Part shown: positions 32,125 to 42,805 of the stretch, one piece after another
How the letters are laid out: each line of letters begins with the position of its first letter
How positions within the stretch are numbered: position 1 is the stretch's first letter
Source: Octopus bimaculoides
Lineage: Eukaryota
Assembly: GCF_001194135.2 (NCBI RefSeq)
Contig: NC_068994.1
Span: 49,787,174-49,829,978 of the forward strand
Direction of reading: 5' to 3'
DNA length: 42,805 nt
The notes under the pieces: generated by a model
What the model was told of the DNA's origin: nothing
Seen by the model: only the letters and a program-made list of their open reading frames with translations
The model's database searches: none
Translations under genes and position numbers: made by a program

Positions 32125-32830
32125 NNNNNNNNNNNNNNNNNNNNNNNNNNNNNNNNNNNNNNNNNNNNNNNNNNNNNNNNNNNNNNNNNNNNNNNNNNNN
32201 NNNNNNNNNNNNNNNNNNNNNNNNNNNNNNNNNNNNNNNNNNNNNNNNNNNNNNNNNNNNNNNNNNNNNNNNNNNNNNNNNNNNNNNNNNNNNNNNNNNN
32301 NNNNNNNNNNNNNNNNNNNNNNNNNNNNNNNNNNNNNNNNNNNNNNNNNNNNNNNNNNNNNNNNNNNNNNNNNNNNNNNNNNNNNNNNNNNNNNNNNNNN
32401 NNNNNNNNNNNNNNNNNNNNNNNNNNNNNNNNNNNNNNNNNNNNNNNNNNNNNNNNNNNNNNNNNNNNNNNNNNNNNNNNNNNNNNNNNNNNNNNNNNNN
32501 NNNNNNNNNNNNNNNNNNNNNNNNNNNNNNNNNNNNNNNNNNNNNNNNNNNNNNNNNNNNNNNNNNNNNNNNNNNNNNNNNNNNNNNNNNNNNNNNNNNN
32601 NNNNNNNNNNNNNNNNNNNNNNNNNNNNNNNNNNNNNNNNNNNNNNNNNNNNNNNNNNNNNNNNNNNNNNNNNNNNNNNNNNNNNNNNNNNNNNNNNNNN
32701 NNNNNNNNNNNNNNNNNNNNNNNNNNNNNNNNAATTAGGAATAACCTGAAGCTAAAGAACCACCTCCACCACCACCACCACCACCACTACTATTGCTACT
32801 ACGACGACGATGACGACACCACTACTGCTG

Positions 32831-32875
<45 letters not shown>

Positions 32876-33042
32876 ACAGCAACAACAACAACAGTAGTCT
32901 AATTGCATTTGCCACGTTGCAAGACTTTTCTCCACGTTACAAGTCAGTTATGGCTTGTAATTTTGTTGTTCCCCCGCTTGCTGTAGTCGACTTTTTTTTT
33001 TTTGGTTTTCTTCTGTTTTTGTTTTTCAAAGTGCACACGCAG

Positions 33043-33195
33043 TCTAGGACGACATTGTCACATTGTCCACCGACGTGTCCTTTTCCTGTATTATTTCTCT
33101 CTCTCTCTCTCTCTCTCTAAGACAGTTAAGGGTGTGTGATTTGAGAGAGATTTGGCTGCTATTTCTAGGAGAAGGAGGAGGTCGAGCGACCCTGC
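33043..33195 (-). mobile_element. Family C element (head half)
   Basis: TAAGACAGTTAAGGGTGTGTGATTTGAGAGAGATTTGGCTGCTATTTCTAG-[GAGAAGGAGGA insert]-GGTCGAGCGACC. Confidence 0.7.
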
Positions 33196-34076
33196 CCAAG
33201 CTGTTTTCGTTTACATGCCTGCAATGTACATCTCCTCTTCCTCACTCTCTTTNNNNNNNNNNNNNNNNNNNNNNNNNNNNNNNNNNNNNNNNNNNNNNNN
33301 NNNNNNNNNNNNNNNNNNNNNNNNNNNNNNNNNNNNNNNNNNNNNNNNNNNNNNNNNNNNNNNNNNNNNNNNNNNNNNNNNNNNNNNNNNNNNNNNNNNN
33401 NNNNNNNNNNNNNNNNNNNNNNNNNNNNNNNNNNNNNNNNNNNNNNNNNNNNNNNNNNNNNNNNNNNNNNNNNNNNNNNNNNNNNNNNNNNNNNNNNNNN
33501 NNNNNNNNNNNNNNNNNNNNNNNNNNNNNNNNNNNNNNNNNNNNNNNNNNNNNNNNNNNNNNNNNNNNNNNNNNNNNNNNNNNNNNNNNNNNNNNNNNNN
33601 NNNNNNNNNNNNNNNNNNNNNNNNNNNNNNNNNNNNNNNNNNNNNNNNNNNNNNNNNNNNNNNNNNNNNNNNNNNNNNNNNNNNNNNNNNNNNNNNNNNN
33701 NNNNNNNNNNNNNNNNNNNNNNNNNNNNNNNNNNNNNNNNNNNNNNNNNNNNNNNNNNNNNNNNNNNNNNNNNNNNNNNNNNNNNNNNNNNNNNNNNNNN
33801 NNNNNNNNNNNNNNNNNNNNNNNNNNNNNNNNNNNNNNNNNNNNNNNNNNNNNNNNNNNNNNNNNNNNNNNNNNNNNNNNNNNNNNNNNNNNNNNNNNNN
33901 NNNNNNNNNNNNNNNNNNNNNNNNNNNNNNNNNNNNNNNNNTCAAAGGACATAGTAAGTATGTCTACCTGCGGGAAATAGCAGTCAAAACTCTTATTTAA
34001 ATCGCCAAAATACACTGATGATAACTACAGAAATCAACCGAAGGCAGATCAGGTTAATAAAATCTCCTACACACAC

Positions 34077-34112
<36 letters not shown>

Positions 34113-34239
34113 CGGCTTATACTCCAAGATCCTCGACAATATGAATTGTTTAAAAATACTGCTTATTCATTGCTATCAAAAAGAATTCCTATTGCCGTGG
34201 TGGTCGTGGTGGTGGTAGTAGTAGTAGTCACCAAGTTTT

Positions 34240-34530
34240 TGTTGTTGTTGTTGTTGTTTTAGCCCCAGGTCATTCTGGAACGAGCCAGAGGGACACCTCT
34301 CTTACGACGATCGCTGGATTTCCGCTCGTCTTCTTAATTTTCAGACATCTGAATACATACAGACATACATACATACATACATACATACATACACACATAC
34401 ATACATACAGGACTACGTTATTCGCGAGTTGTTTCTTCTTCTTCTTCTTCTTTGTTTAAGACTAGGATGTGATTTGTAAGGGGGTTGGGGGTGGATGGAG
34501 GCAAATTTGGCGGCTAGTTGCAGAGGCCAT
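34240..34530 (-). mobile_element. Decayed family C element with internal (ATAC)n
   Basis: (TTG)n-TTTAGCCCCAGGTCA...CAGGACTACGTTATT...TTAAGACTAGGATGTGATTTG...AAATTTGGCGGCTA. Confidence 0.6.
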
Positions 34531-34780
34531 GGGATGGGGGCCGTGATCCCTTAGGTTATAGTAGTAGTAGTAGTANNNNNNNNNNAGTAGTAGTAGTAGT
34601 AGCAGTGGTGGTGATTGTTGTGGTTTTGTTGTTGGTGCTTCTATATAGCTGTACAGCGGGTATTTGACGTTGTTAGTGGTGGTGGCGGTGGTAGTAGTTG
34701 TGTGATGGTATACTATTAATGGTCGGCTGTGTTTTTTAATCGGTACTCATTAAAGTGTTTTCCGCCAAGTGGAAGCAATT

Positions 34781-34823
<43 letters not shown>

Positions 34824-35079
34824 GCGTGTGAGAGAGAGAGGGAGGGAGGGGAAGGAATAGATGATAGAGAAAGAAAAAGGATAAGGGGGAGGAGGAAAGG
34901 GTGAAGGAGAGAGAGAGAGAGAGTGGAGAGAGATTCATTCGCAGCAAAGTAGGACGAACTCAGTATGTGAAAGAAGGGTTTGTTTACGTTAAGATTTGGA
35001 GGAGGAGGAGAAGGAGAAGGAGGGTCTCTCCCGCTCCCTCTGTGTGTATGTGTGTGTGTGTATGCATATATATATTCAT

Positions 35080-35112
<33 letters not shown>

Positions 35113-35161
35113 CATACACTTGGTGTGTTTATATTTTCAGGTCGTATGTTGTGCACGCATG

Positions 35162-35192
<31 letters not shown>

Positions 35193-35684
35193 NNNNNNNN
35201 NNNNNNNNNNNNNNNNNNNNNNNNNNNNNNNNNNNNNTATATTTATATGTTGATATATATATATATGTTGTGGATAGCCTTGTATACATACACGCTATTG
35301 TATTTTATTTATTTATTTATTTATTTATTTATTGGAACTGAGCAGTGTACGAAACTCTCGGCCCTTGAGTAACTTATATACGCTCTCTGCTGAATATATG
35401 CACACACACACACACTTGTATACATATATGCATATACATTATAGTAGCTTAATTCGATGTATAAAGAGTACAAACACTATGTGTATACAACATATAATAT
35501 ATATGTATATATATATACATACATGTGTGTATATGAAGGAATACACACATACAGGCACACCACCTCCATCCCCTCATTTGTCTTTTCTCTTAAAAATCCA
35601 TGTTGAAATGTGGATATGAGGAAGCCCTTCTCGGTTTCAAACTCCCTGGCTGTTTTCACTGCTCTTTCAGTTTTCGCTTCACGC

Positions 35685-35747
<63 letters not shown>

Positions 35748-36293
35748 GTATTTTTTCGTTGATGGGAGAATGCGAAGACGAGGAAGAAGAAATCACACAC
35801 AGTCTTCAAAAGCTGACCTCATTCTCCCACTACGAACGTGACACCGTTGGAGTCTGTGTAGTGAGCAGGTTCGATCCAGCCCCTGTTTTCCTTAATTATC
35901 TGTTTTATTTTATCGAAGTTTTGTGGAACTGCAGAGATGCCCACTTAATAAAAATAAATAATAATGGCTGTAATAAATATCTTTTAGATTGTAAAAATCT
36001 AACGTCCTGTCCCCTTATTTCGAGGGTCACCCACAACGCAACGTGTTTAATATTTAGGGTGTCAGAACATCCCGTTGTCACTACCACAACCACCATCACC
36101 ACCAACAACACAACCACCATCACTGGTCCTAGCTTTAACCTATATAATCTTACTAGAAATAGCAGTTAAATTTCCCTATGACAACTCAGTACACTTAGAA
36201 AGAAAAAAAAAAGGGCCGCATTTGTGAAACGTGCACGTGCGTGTGTGCATTTGCGTGCGTCCGCATGTGTTTGTTTATATTAGTATTTTGTGA

Positions 36294-36610
36294 TTTAACC
36301 CTCGGCAGCTGCTGATCGAGTAGAAGCATTCCTGTCGTGACCAACCTGTCTTTTGTTTTTTTTTTCTTGTTAGCTTTCCTTCGGTATTGGTCTCCAGAAC
36401 GTCCGTGTGAGGAGACAACGTCGTTAATGAAGGAAAGTTGTGGTGGGTAAATGACGTGTACCAATATCGAAGGATTGCCTTTGTTTTCCTTTTTTTTTCT
36501 TCTTTTTCTAACTCTGGAATACATCGACCACTGTTCTTTTATTTTCAAATGCTCGAGAGCAATTTGACTGCTATTTCTAGCATTAGCTGAACAAGAGCCT
36601 TCTCTCGTAG
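36294..36610 (-). mobile_element. Decayed family C element
   Basis: CTGATCGAGTAGAAGCATTCCTGTCGTGACCAACC...GAGAGCAATTTGACTGCTATTTCTAGCA...AGAGCCTTCTCTCGT. Confidence 0.6.
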
Positions 36611-36740
36611 GTTTGTGGGTCTGTTATGTTTTTTGTATGGGTGTGTTTCTTTTATATATTAGTGTCTTGCAGGGTCACTTTGTTCGACTAAAGGCGGTGC
36701 TCCAGCATGGCCGCAATCAAATGATTGAGGCAAATAAAAG

Positions 36741-36809
<69 letters not shown>

Positions 36810-37737
36810 GCTTGTGTGTGCGTNNNNNNNNNNNNNNNNNNNNNNNNNNNNNNNNNNNNNNNNNNNNNNNNNNNNNNNNNNNNNNNNNNNNNNNNNNNNN
36901 NNNNNNNNNNNNNNNNNNNNNNNNNNNNNNNNNNNNNNNNNNNNNNNNNNNNNNNNNNNNNNNNNNNNNNNNNNNNNNNNNNNNNNNNNNNNNNNNNNNN
37001 NNNNNNNNNNNNNNNNNNNNNNNNNNNNNNNNNNNNNNNNNNNNNNNNNNNNNNNNNNNNNNNNNNNNNNNNNNNNNNNNNNNNNNNNNNNNNNNNNNNN
37101 NNNNNNNNNNNNNNNNNNNNNNNNNNNNNNNNNNNNNNNNNNNNNNNNNNNNNNNNNNNNNNNNNNNNNNNNNNNNNNNNNNNNNNNNNNNNNNNNNNNN
37201 NNNNNNNNNNNNNNNNNNNNNNNNNNNNNNNNNNNNNNNNNNNNNNNNNNNNNNNNNNNNNNNNNNNNNNNNNNNNNNNNNNNNNNNNNNNNNNNNNNNN
37301 NNNNNNNNNNNNNNNNNNNNNNNNNNNNNNNNNNNNNNNNNNNNNNNNNNNNNNNNNNNNNNNNNNNNNNNNNNNNNNNNNNNNNNNNNNNNNNNNNNNN
37401 NNNNNNNNNNNNNNNNNNNNNNNNNNNNNNNNNNNNNNNNNNNNNNNNNNNNNNNNNNNNNNNNNNNNNNNNNNNNNNNNNNNNNNNNNNNNNNNNNNNN
37501 NNNNNNNNNNNNNNNNNNNNNNNNNNNNNNNNNNNNNNNNNNNNNNNNNNNNNNNNNNNNNNNNNNNNNNNNNNNNNNNNNNNNNNNNNNNNNNNNNNNN
37601 NNNNNNNNNNNNNNNNNNNNNNNNNNNNNNNNNNNNNNNNNNNNNNNNNNNNNNNNNNNNNNNNNNNNNNNNNNNNNNNNNNNNNNNNNNNNNNNNNNNN
37701 NNNNNNNNNNNNNNNNNNNNNNNNNNNNNNNNNNNNG

Positions 37738-37974
37738 TTGTAATGTGTGTTTGTGTTGTTTGTGTTTTTGCGCCCCGCCCTCGCCCACACACCGTTTGAC
37801 AATCGGTGTTCGTTTGTTTACGTCCCCGTGACTTAGCGGTTCGGCAAACAGTTACCGATAGAATAAGTACCGAGCAAAAAAAAAAAAAAGTAGATAGATA
37901 AGATGATGGGAATGATAAATGATTGAAGGAGCCGATGGCCCCTGTATGGCAACAGTACAGTGATTGAAACAAAT
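37738..37974 (+). mobile_element. Family A downstream module plus decayed tail
   Basis: TTTGACAATCGGTGTTCGTTTGTTTACGTCCCCGTGACTTAGCGGTTCGGCAAA...GATAGAATAAGTACC. Confidence 0.75.
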
Positions 37975-37975
37975 A

Positions 37976-38328
37976 CAAGCGTGGCTGTGTGGTAAGAAGC
38001 TTGCTTCCCAACCACATGGTTTCGGGTTCAGTCCCACTGCGTGGTAACTTGGGTAAGCGTCTTACACTGTAGCTTCGGGCCGACCAAATCCTTGTAAGTG
38101 GATCTGGTAAACGTAAACCGAAAGAAACCCGTCGTGGCAATCATTCGATATCCCGGTGTGTTTACGTCCCCGGATCTTAGCGGTTCGGCAAAAAGAGTCC
38201 GATAGAATAAGTACTAGGCTTTAAAAAATAAATCCTGGGGTTGATTTGTTCGGCTAAAACCCTTTCAATGCGGTGCTCCAGCGTGGCCGCAGTCAAATGA
38301 CTGAAACCAGTAAATGAATAAAAGAATA
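37976..38328 (+). mobile_element. Family A SINE, near full length, internal microsatellite absent
   Basis: GCGTGGCTGTGTGGTAAGAAGCTTGCTTCCCAACCACATGGTTTCGGGTTCAGTCCCACTGCGTGG...GCGGTGCTCCAGCGTGGCCGCAGTCAAATGACTGAAAC. Confidence 0.85.
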
Positions 38329-38859
38329 TTTATTTACGTGTGCGTACGTGTTTTGTTTACATGCATAAGGAAAGAATTTTTAGTTCTTAGACATCGGTCG
38401 CTGGTTCGTCCACTCTGTCGCTAAAATTGCCAAATTCTTCGATTTATAGATGCTTCAACGAACGCGCGCGCGTGTGTGCCTCGACATGTGCGTGGAATTG
38501 TGACCGAGGCAAAACTAAGCACGTTTGTTTACATTCCGAAGTTCAGACCCTCATATAACTGCCGTCTGTATCTTACAGACTCACTCCAGTCTGTGCAAAC
38601 TCGATAAAATCAATAAATACCAGTAATATCGACGTGTGGCATTTGTGTCATTCTAAGAAATGTATTGTTGATTTTTTTTAGATTATTACTATTTTAAAGG
38701 TAAAATCTTTAGTACTAGCCTAAATTCCGCTGGAGTACCAGTTAAACACTGGCGGTCCCTCTCCCAAAATTTCAGGCCTTGTGCATATATATATTAAGAA
38801 AAGATATATTTTATTTTTAGGTACTATCCTTGTAATGTCTCCCTCAACAGGTGCCCCTG

Positions 38860-39069
38860 TAGCAAATATGGGGCCAGCAGTTTTTGACGAGAGGAGGAAG
38901 ATTCCATCAACCCTAATAAACTTGACTTGGTACTTATTTTAATCCACGTCGAAGGGGGATAAAGGGCTAAGTCGAATTCAACGGAATTCGAACTCCGAGC
39001 ATAAAGACGGACGAAATGCCGCTAAGCATTTTGGCCGGCGTGCTAAAGGTTTCTTGCCAGCTCATTGCC

Positions 39070-39072
<3 letters not shown>
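38860..39072 (-). mobile_element. Family D SINE
   Basis: Minus strand AAGGCAATGAGCTGGCAAG...CACGCCGGCCAAAATGCTTAGCGGCATTTCGTCCGTCTTTATGCTCGGAGTTCGAATTCCG. Confidence 0.75.
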
Positions 39073-39110
<38 letters not shown>

Positions 39111-40194
39111 TAATTCTTGTTTTATTGGCCACAAGGGCTAGTATAAATCAGAAAACATGCAAAGACAATGACAGGACGAAGGGTACAAAGGGTTTTGTCC
39201 GAAAAGAAAACGTTCGTGTAAACAAAATATAACAGCGAAAGATATAGCAAATAAAACTCGCAATAGGGGGAGGCGGCACAGGACCTGAAATTTTGGGAAA
39301 TGGGGCAAGTCGATTATATCGATCCCAGTTCTTGATCGACTNNNNNNNNNNNNNNNNNNNNNNNNNNNNNNNNNNNNNNNNNNNNNNNNNNNNNNNNNNN
39401 NNNNNNNNNNNNNNNNNNNNNNNNNNNNNNNNNNNNNNNNNNNNNNNNNNNNNNNNNNNNNNNNNNNNNNNNNNNNNNNNNNNNNNNNNNNNNNNNNNNN
39501 NNNNNNNNNNNNNNNNNNNNNNNNNNNNNNNNNNNNNNNNNNNNNNNNNNNNNNNNNNNNNNNNNNNNNNNNNNNNNNNNNNNNNNNNNNNNNNNNNNNN
39601 NNNNNNNNNNNNNNNNNNNNNNNNNNNNNNNNNNNNNNNNNNNNNNNNNNNNNNNNNNNNNNNNNNNNNNNNNNNNNNNNNNNNNNNNNNNNNNNNNNNN
39701 NNNNNNNNNNNNNNNNNNNNNNNNNNNNNNNNNNNNNNNNNNNNNNNNNNNNNNNNNNNNNNNNNNNNNNNNNNNNNNNNNNNNNNNNNNNNNNNNNNNN
39801 NNNNNNNNNNNNNNNNNNNNNNNNNNNNNNNNNNNNNNNNNNNNNNNNNNNNNNNNNNNNNNNNNNNNNNNNNNNNNNNNNNNNNNNNNNNNNNNNNNNN
39901 NNNNNNNNNNNNNNNNNNNNNNNNNNNNNNNNNNNNNNNNNNNNNNNNNNNNNNNNNNNNNNNNNNNNNNNNNNNNNNNNNNNNNNNNNNNNNNNNNNNN
40001 NNNNNNNNNNNNNNNNNNNNNNNNNNNNNNNNNNNNNNNNNNNNNNNNNNNNNNNNNNNNNNNNNNNNNNNNNNNNNNNNNNNNNNNNNNNGGGTGGGTG
40101 TGTACTTCTCAGCAGCAGCAGCAGTGGTGACAGTCGCGACTACTAACTAACTACAACAGTAACAACAAACGACCAATCTAATCAATCTCTTCCT

Positions 40195-40313
40195 TTTTAC
40201 GTGGTTACTCGATCTGCTAGAAATAGCAGCCAGTAATCAGATCGCCTTTAAATGAATAAATAACACTGCCCGCCGCCGTCGTCTTAAGAATTTTATCAAA
40301 GAGAGGAATACAC

Positions 40314-40360
<47 letters not shown>

Positions 40361-40500
40361 CTAGATAGTATACTCTGTCTGATGAAGACAACAAAAATAA
40401 AACAGACGAGTTGGTCATGGCTGGGATGGAATGTCGATGATCCATCATATCTGCTCATTTATAGCTGCTTATCCAGGGCTTCAAAGCAAAAACGATAACA
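40195..40500 (+). mobile_element. Family C element, near full length, with internal (GT)n
   Basis: TACGTGGTTACTCGATCTGCTAGAAATAGCAGCCAG...GTCTTAAG...GGTCATGGCTGGGATGGAATG...CAGGGCTTCAAAGCAAAAACGATAACAA. Confidence 0.65.
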
Positions 40501-41164
40501 ATTACAATAATAAAATGTATATATCATATACAAGATTGATAGATAGATAGATGGATGGATGGATAGATAGATAGATGGATGGATGGATAGATAGGTGTAT
40601 GTATGTATGTATGTATATAAGGCATAATAAGTTGGTAATATGTATGTATGTATCCACACACATATATTCACATACATATATGCATGTGTGTATGTATGTA
40701 TGTATGTATATTAATGACTCCAGCGCACTGCCAACCGTCGAACCAACCGTCATGCCAGCTAACCAACTTTCTAGCCAACCAAAAAAAAGCTCCAGATCGC
40801 TCTCCCTCCCTCCCTCTCTTTCATACACACACACATAAACATATACGTACACATACATCTGTGATTAGCTTTCTTCTCTCTCCTCTTAATTCTCTTCATA
40901 CTCATTACTCACACGCTCTCTCTCTTTCTCTCTCTCTCTCTCTCCCGTTTTTGACACATTACACTATCACCCTCTCTCTCTAATTCTCTCTCGCATCCCT
41001 CTCTCTCATTGTGTTACATTCAGTCTCTTTCTGTATTACCTCTGACGAACACAGTCGTTCGTCTCACAGTGACACATGTACAATCTGTCAGTCTGTGTGT
41101 CTGTCTGACTGTCTGTCTCTCTTCCTCTGTTCATCTCTGATATAATGACACATGCAGACACCCC

Positions 41165-41220
<56 letters not shown>

Positions 41221-42234
41221 GTATATATAACGAATGACACAATCTCCTGTCCCTCTTACCACGTCATCATCATCATCATCATCATCATCATCTCTCTCTT
41301 CTCTCTCTCTCTCTCTCTCTCTCATACCCCATATTCATATACACACACACACATAATCACATCGTCCTTCTTTCTCCCACTGACAACTAAAGGCCTGGAC
41401 CCATTTATTCTGTGACAGTTCACCACACAAATACACACACACACACATACATACGCACGCACACGTATGCATGTAATGCACCAAGAGGAACGTGTCACAG
41501 AAAACTTTTCAGAGCGCCTCAATTTCTTTGTTAATGGTGGCGGCGATGGCAGCATATGTATCATTGTTCTGATGGTGGTTGCCGTGTTAGTAGTAATAGT
41601 GGTGAGGTTTATAACTACTACTACTACTACTACTAGTTGTTGTTGTTCTTTTTGTTTAGCCCCAGGTCATCGGCGATCGAGTAAGACCTACCTATATATA
41701 TATGTATACTCTTATATATTTTTTATATAAACTTATACGATAATCCTTGAGATCTCAGATATTTTCTTCTGAATCTCCCTGATTCTTTCAATGTGCGAGT
41801 TACCTGGTAATTAAATTGATATTAATTAATATCCAATTTTTTACCCTATTGTTTAATTTAATTATATATATATATATATGCGTGTGTGTACTCTTCGCAT
41901 GAGAAGAGATTGGACGTGGTCCTACGCGCCCTCGGACCCCAAAGTCGAGCACGCGCGTATGATCTAAGGCTCTCCAGTCGTGACCATCCAGTCTTTTAGT
42001 TGTTGTTGTTGTTGTTGTCCAGTCTCGTTGATTCCCCCATCAATCACGAAATTCCAAACCATCCCTCGTTGTGCATTTGGCGCAGGCGATAACGTTTTCT
42101 GAGAAAGAGATTTTGGCTGAGAGAATTTGTTGTTTACAGTATATGAAAGAGTTTATTATTATTTTGAGGCGTGGGATACATACTTACTGGTGGTTTTATG
42201 TTGTGTTTTGGGGTAGAATGTTTGCGGTTTGTTT

Positions 42235-42440
42235 CTTAATGAAACCCAAGTCAACCTCGGTTGTGCAGACGCATGATCAAAGGTGTTTCGGGCACGACCA
42301 TGCCGTCATATTATTCCGTACATCCAGAACCGGACTTTGTTCGAGATATCCTCCTTTCCGCCGCCGTTTTTCTTTCCGAAGATAGGGGTGTGGTTTCAAG
42401 GAATTTTGGTCGCTACTTCTCGAATGCAGTCGAGCACTGT
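42235..42440 (-). mobile_element. Decayed family C element
   Basis: GCAGACGCATGATCAAAGGTGTTTCGGGCACGACCATGCCGTC...GGGGTGTGGTTTCAAGGAATTTTGGTCGCTACTTCT. Confidence 0.55.
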
Positions 42441-42446
42441 GGCTGT

Positions 42447-42508
<62 letters not shown>

Positions 42509-42600
42509 TTACTTGTTACTGTCGCACCTGTTAATTTTGATTGATGATGATGATGGTGATGGTGATGGTGGCGGTAATAAATGCGAAGATGAATAAATAT

Positions 42601-42768
42601 GTGAGTGGATTTGGTAGACGGAAACTGAAAGAAGCCCATCGTATATATGTATATATGTGTGTGGTTGTGCCCCCCCTCCCAACCAATGTTGGTGTGTTTA
42701 CGTCCCCGTAAGGTAGCGGTTCGGCAATAGAGACCGATAGAATAAGTACTAGGCTTACGGCTTACAAA

Positions 42769-42772
<4 letters not shown>
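42601..42772 (+). mobile_element. 5'-truncated family A SINE with downstream module
   Basis: GTGAGTGGATTTGGTAGACGGAAACTGAAAGAAGCCCATCGTATAT...GTTTACGTCCCCGTAAGGTAGCGGTTCGGCAATAGAGACCGATAGAATAAGTACTAGGCTTAC. Confidence 0.85.

Positions 42773-42805
<33 letters not shown>

Larger units (their letters stand above)
6625..42805 (+). other. Probable intron 1 of the Mxd/Mxi1-like gene (runs past the window end)
   Basis: No AEHGYAS or bHLH (HNELEKNRR-like) coding sequence found by eye downstream. The content is repeats and gaps; exon 2 could be hidden in an N-gap. Confidence 0.65.

Noticed and set aside
35600-36169. 189-aa ORF with acidic patch MGECEDEEEE
   Set aside because: It spans a (CT)n tract and a family C fragment, has no recognisable domain and no convincing splice sites.
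40216-40228. GCTAGAAATAGCA is identical to 13 nt of the SpCas9 sgRNA scaffold
   Set aside because: It is the GAAA-tetraloop stem of family C, present in many diverged copies, and lacks the flanking GTTTTAGA and AGTTAAAATAAGG. This is coincidence, not contamination or CRISPR.
41044-41063. 7-bp hairpin GACGAAC/GTTCGTC preceded by CTGACGA
   Set aside because: There is no GAAA box for a hammerhead, and a stem this short is expected by chance.
44-42639. All ORFs in the supplied six-frame track
   Set aside because: They translate microsatellites (YIYI, HTHT, CVCV, poly-T/L/V/I), N-gaps or SINE sequence. None shows a recognisable domain or credible gene structure.
1-42805. CRISPR-like array from recurring GCTATTTCTAGC or CAGCATGGCCGCAG motifs
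   Set aside because: The copies are dispersed, diverged and on both strands with irregular spacing; they are parts of retroposons.

Overview
AT-rich, microsatellite-saturated eukaryotic genomic DNA with 21 N-gaps totalling roughly 9.7 kb. From the SINE families and simple-repeat density I infer a coleoid cephalopod, most likely Octopus. None of the ORFs in the supplied track looks real; they are microsatellite, low-complexity or N artefacts. The one clear protein-coding signal is missing from the track: a 55-nt first coding exon at 6570-6624 (+), MNIAQLIRAAEFLERKDR(E). It encodes the Sin3-interaction domain (SID) of a Mad/Mxd/Mxi1-family MAX partner and ends at a strong phase-1 donor (AG|GTATGT). 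I found no second exon, so the rest of the window is probably intron 1 (unless an exon sits in a gap). The region is filled with three tRNA-headed SINE families (my labels A, D, E), two hAT-type MITEs with 8-bp TSDs, a 320-bp foldback element, the 3' end of an RLE-type LINE, a truncated tRNA-Val(CAC) relic and a Penelope-type hammerhead-like motif. The most interesting object is a ~220-300 bp element with no tRNA head and a (CAA)n-type tail (family C, about 18 mostly decayed copies). Its head has the order and motifs of an HDV-like self-cleaving ribozyme. No copy in the window is intact, so this is a structural hypothesis. All family names and database resemblances are from memory; no searches were run.
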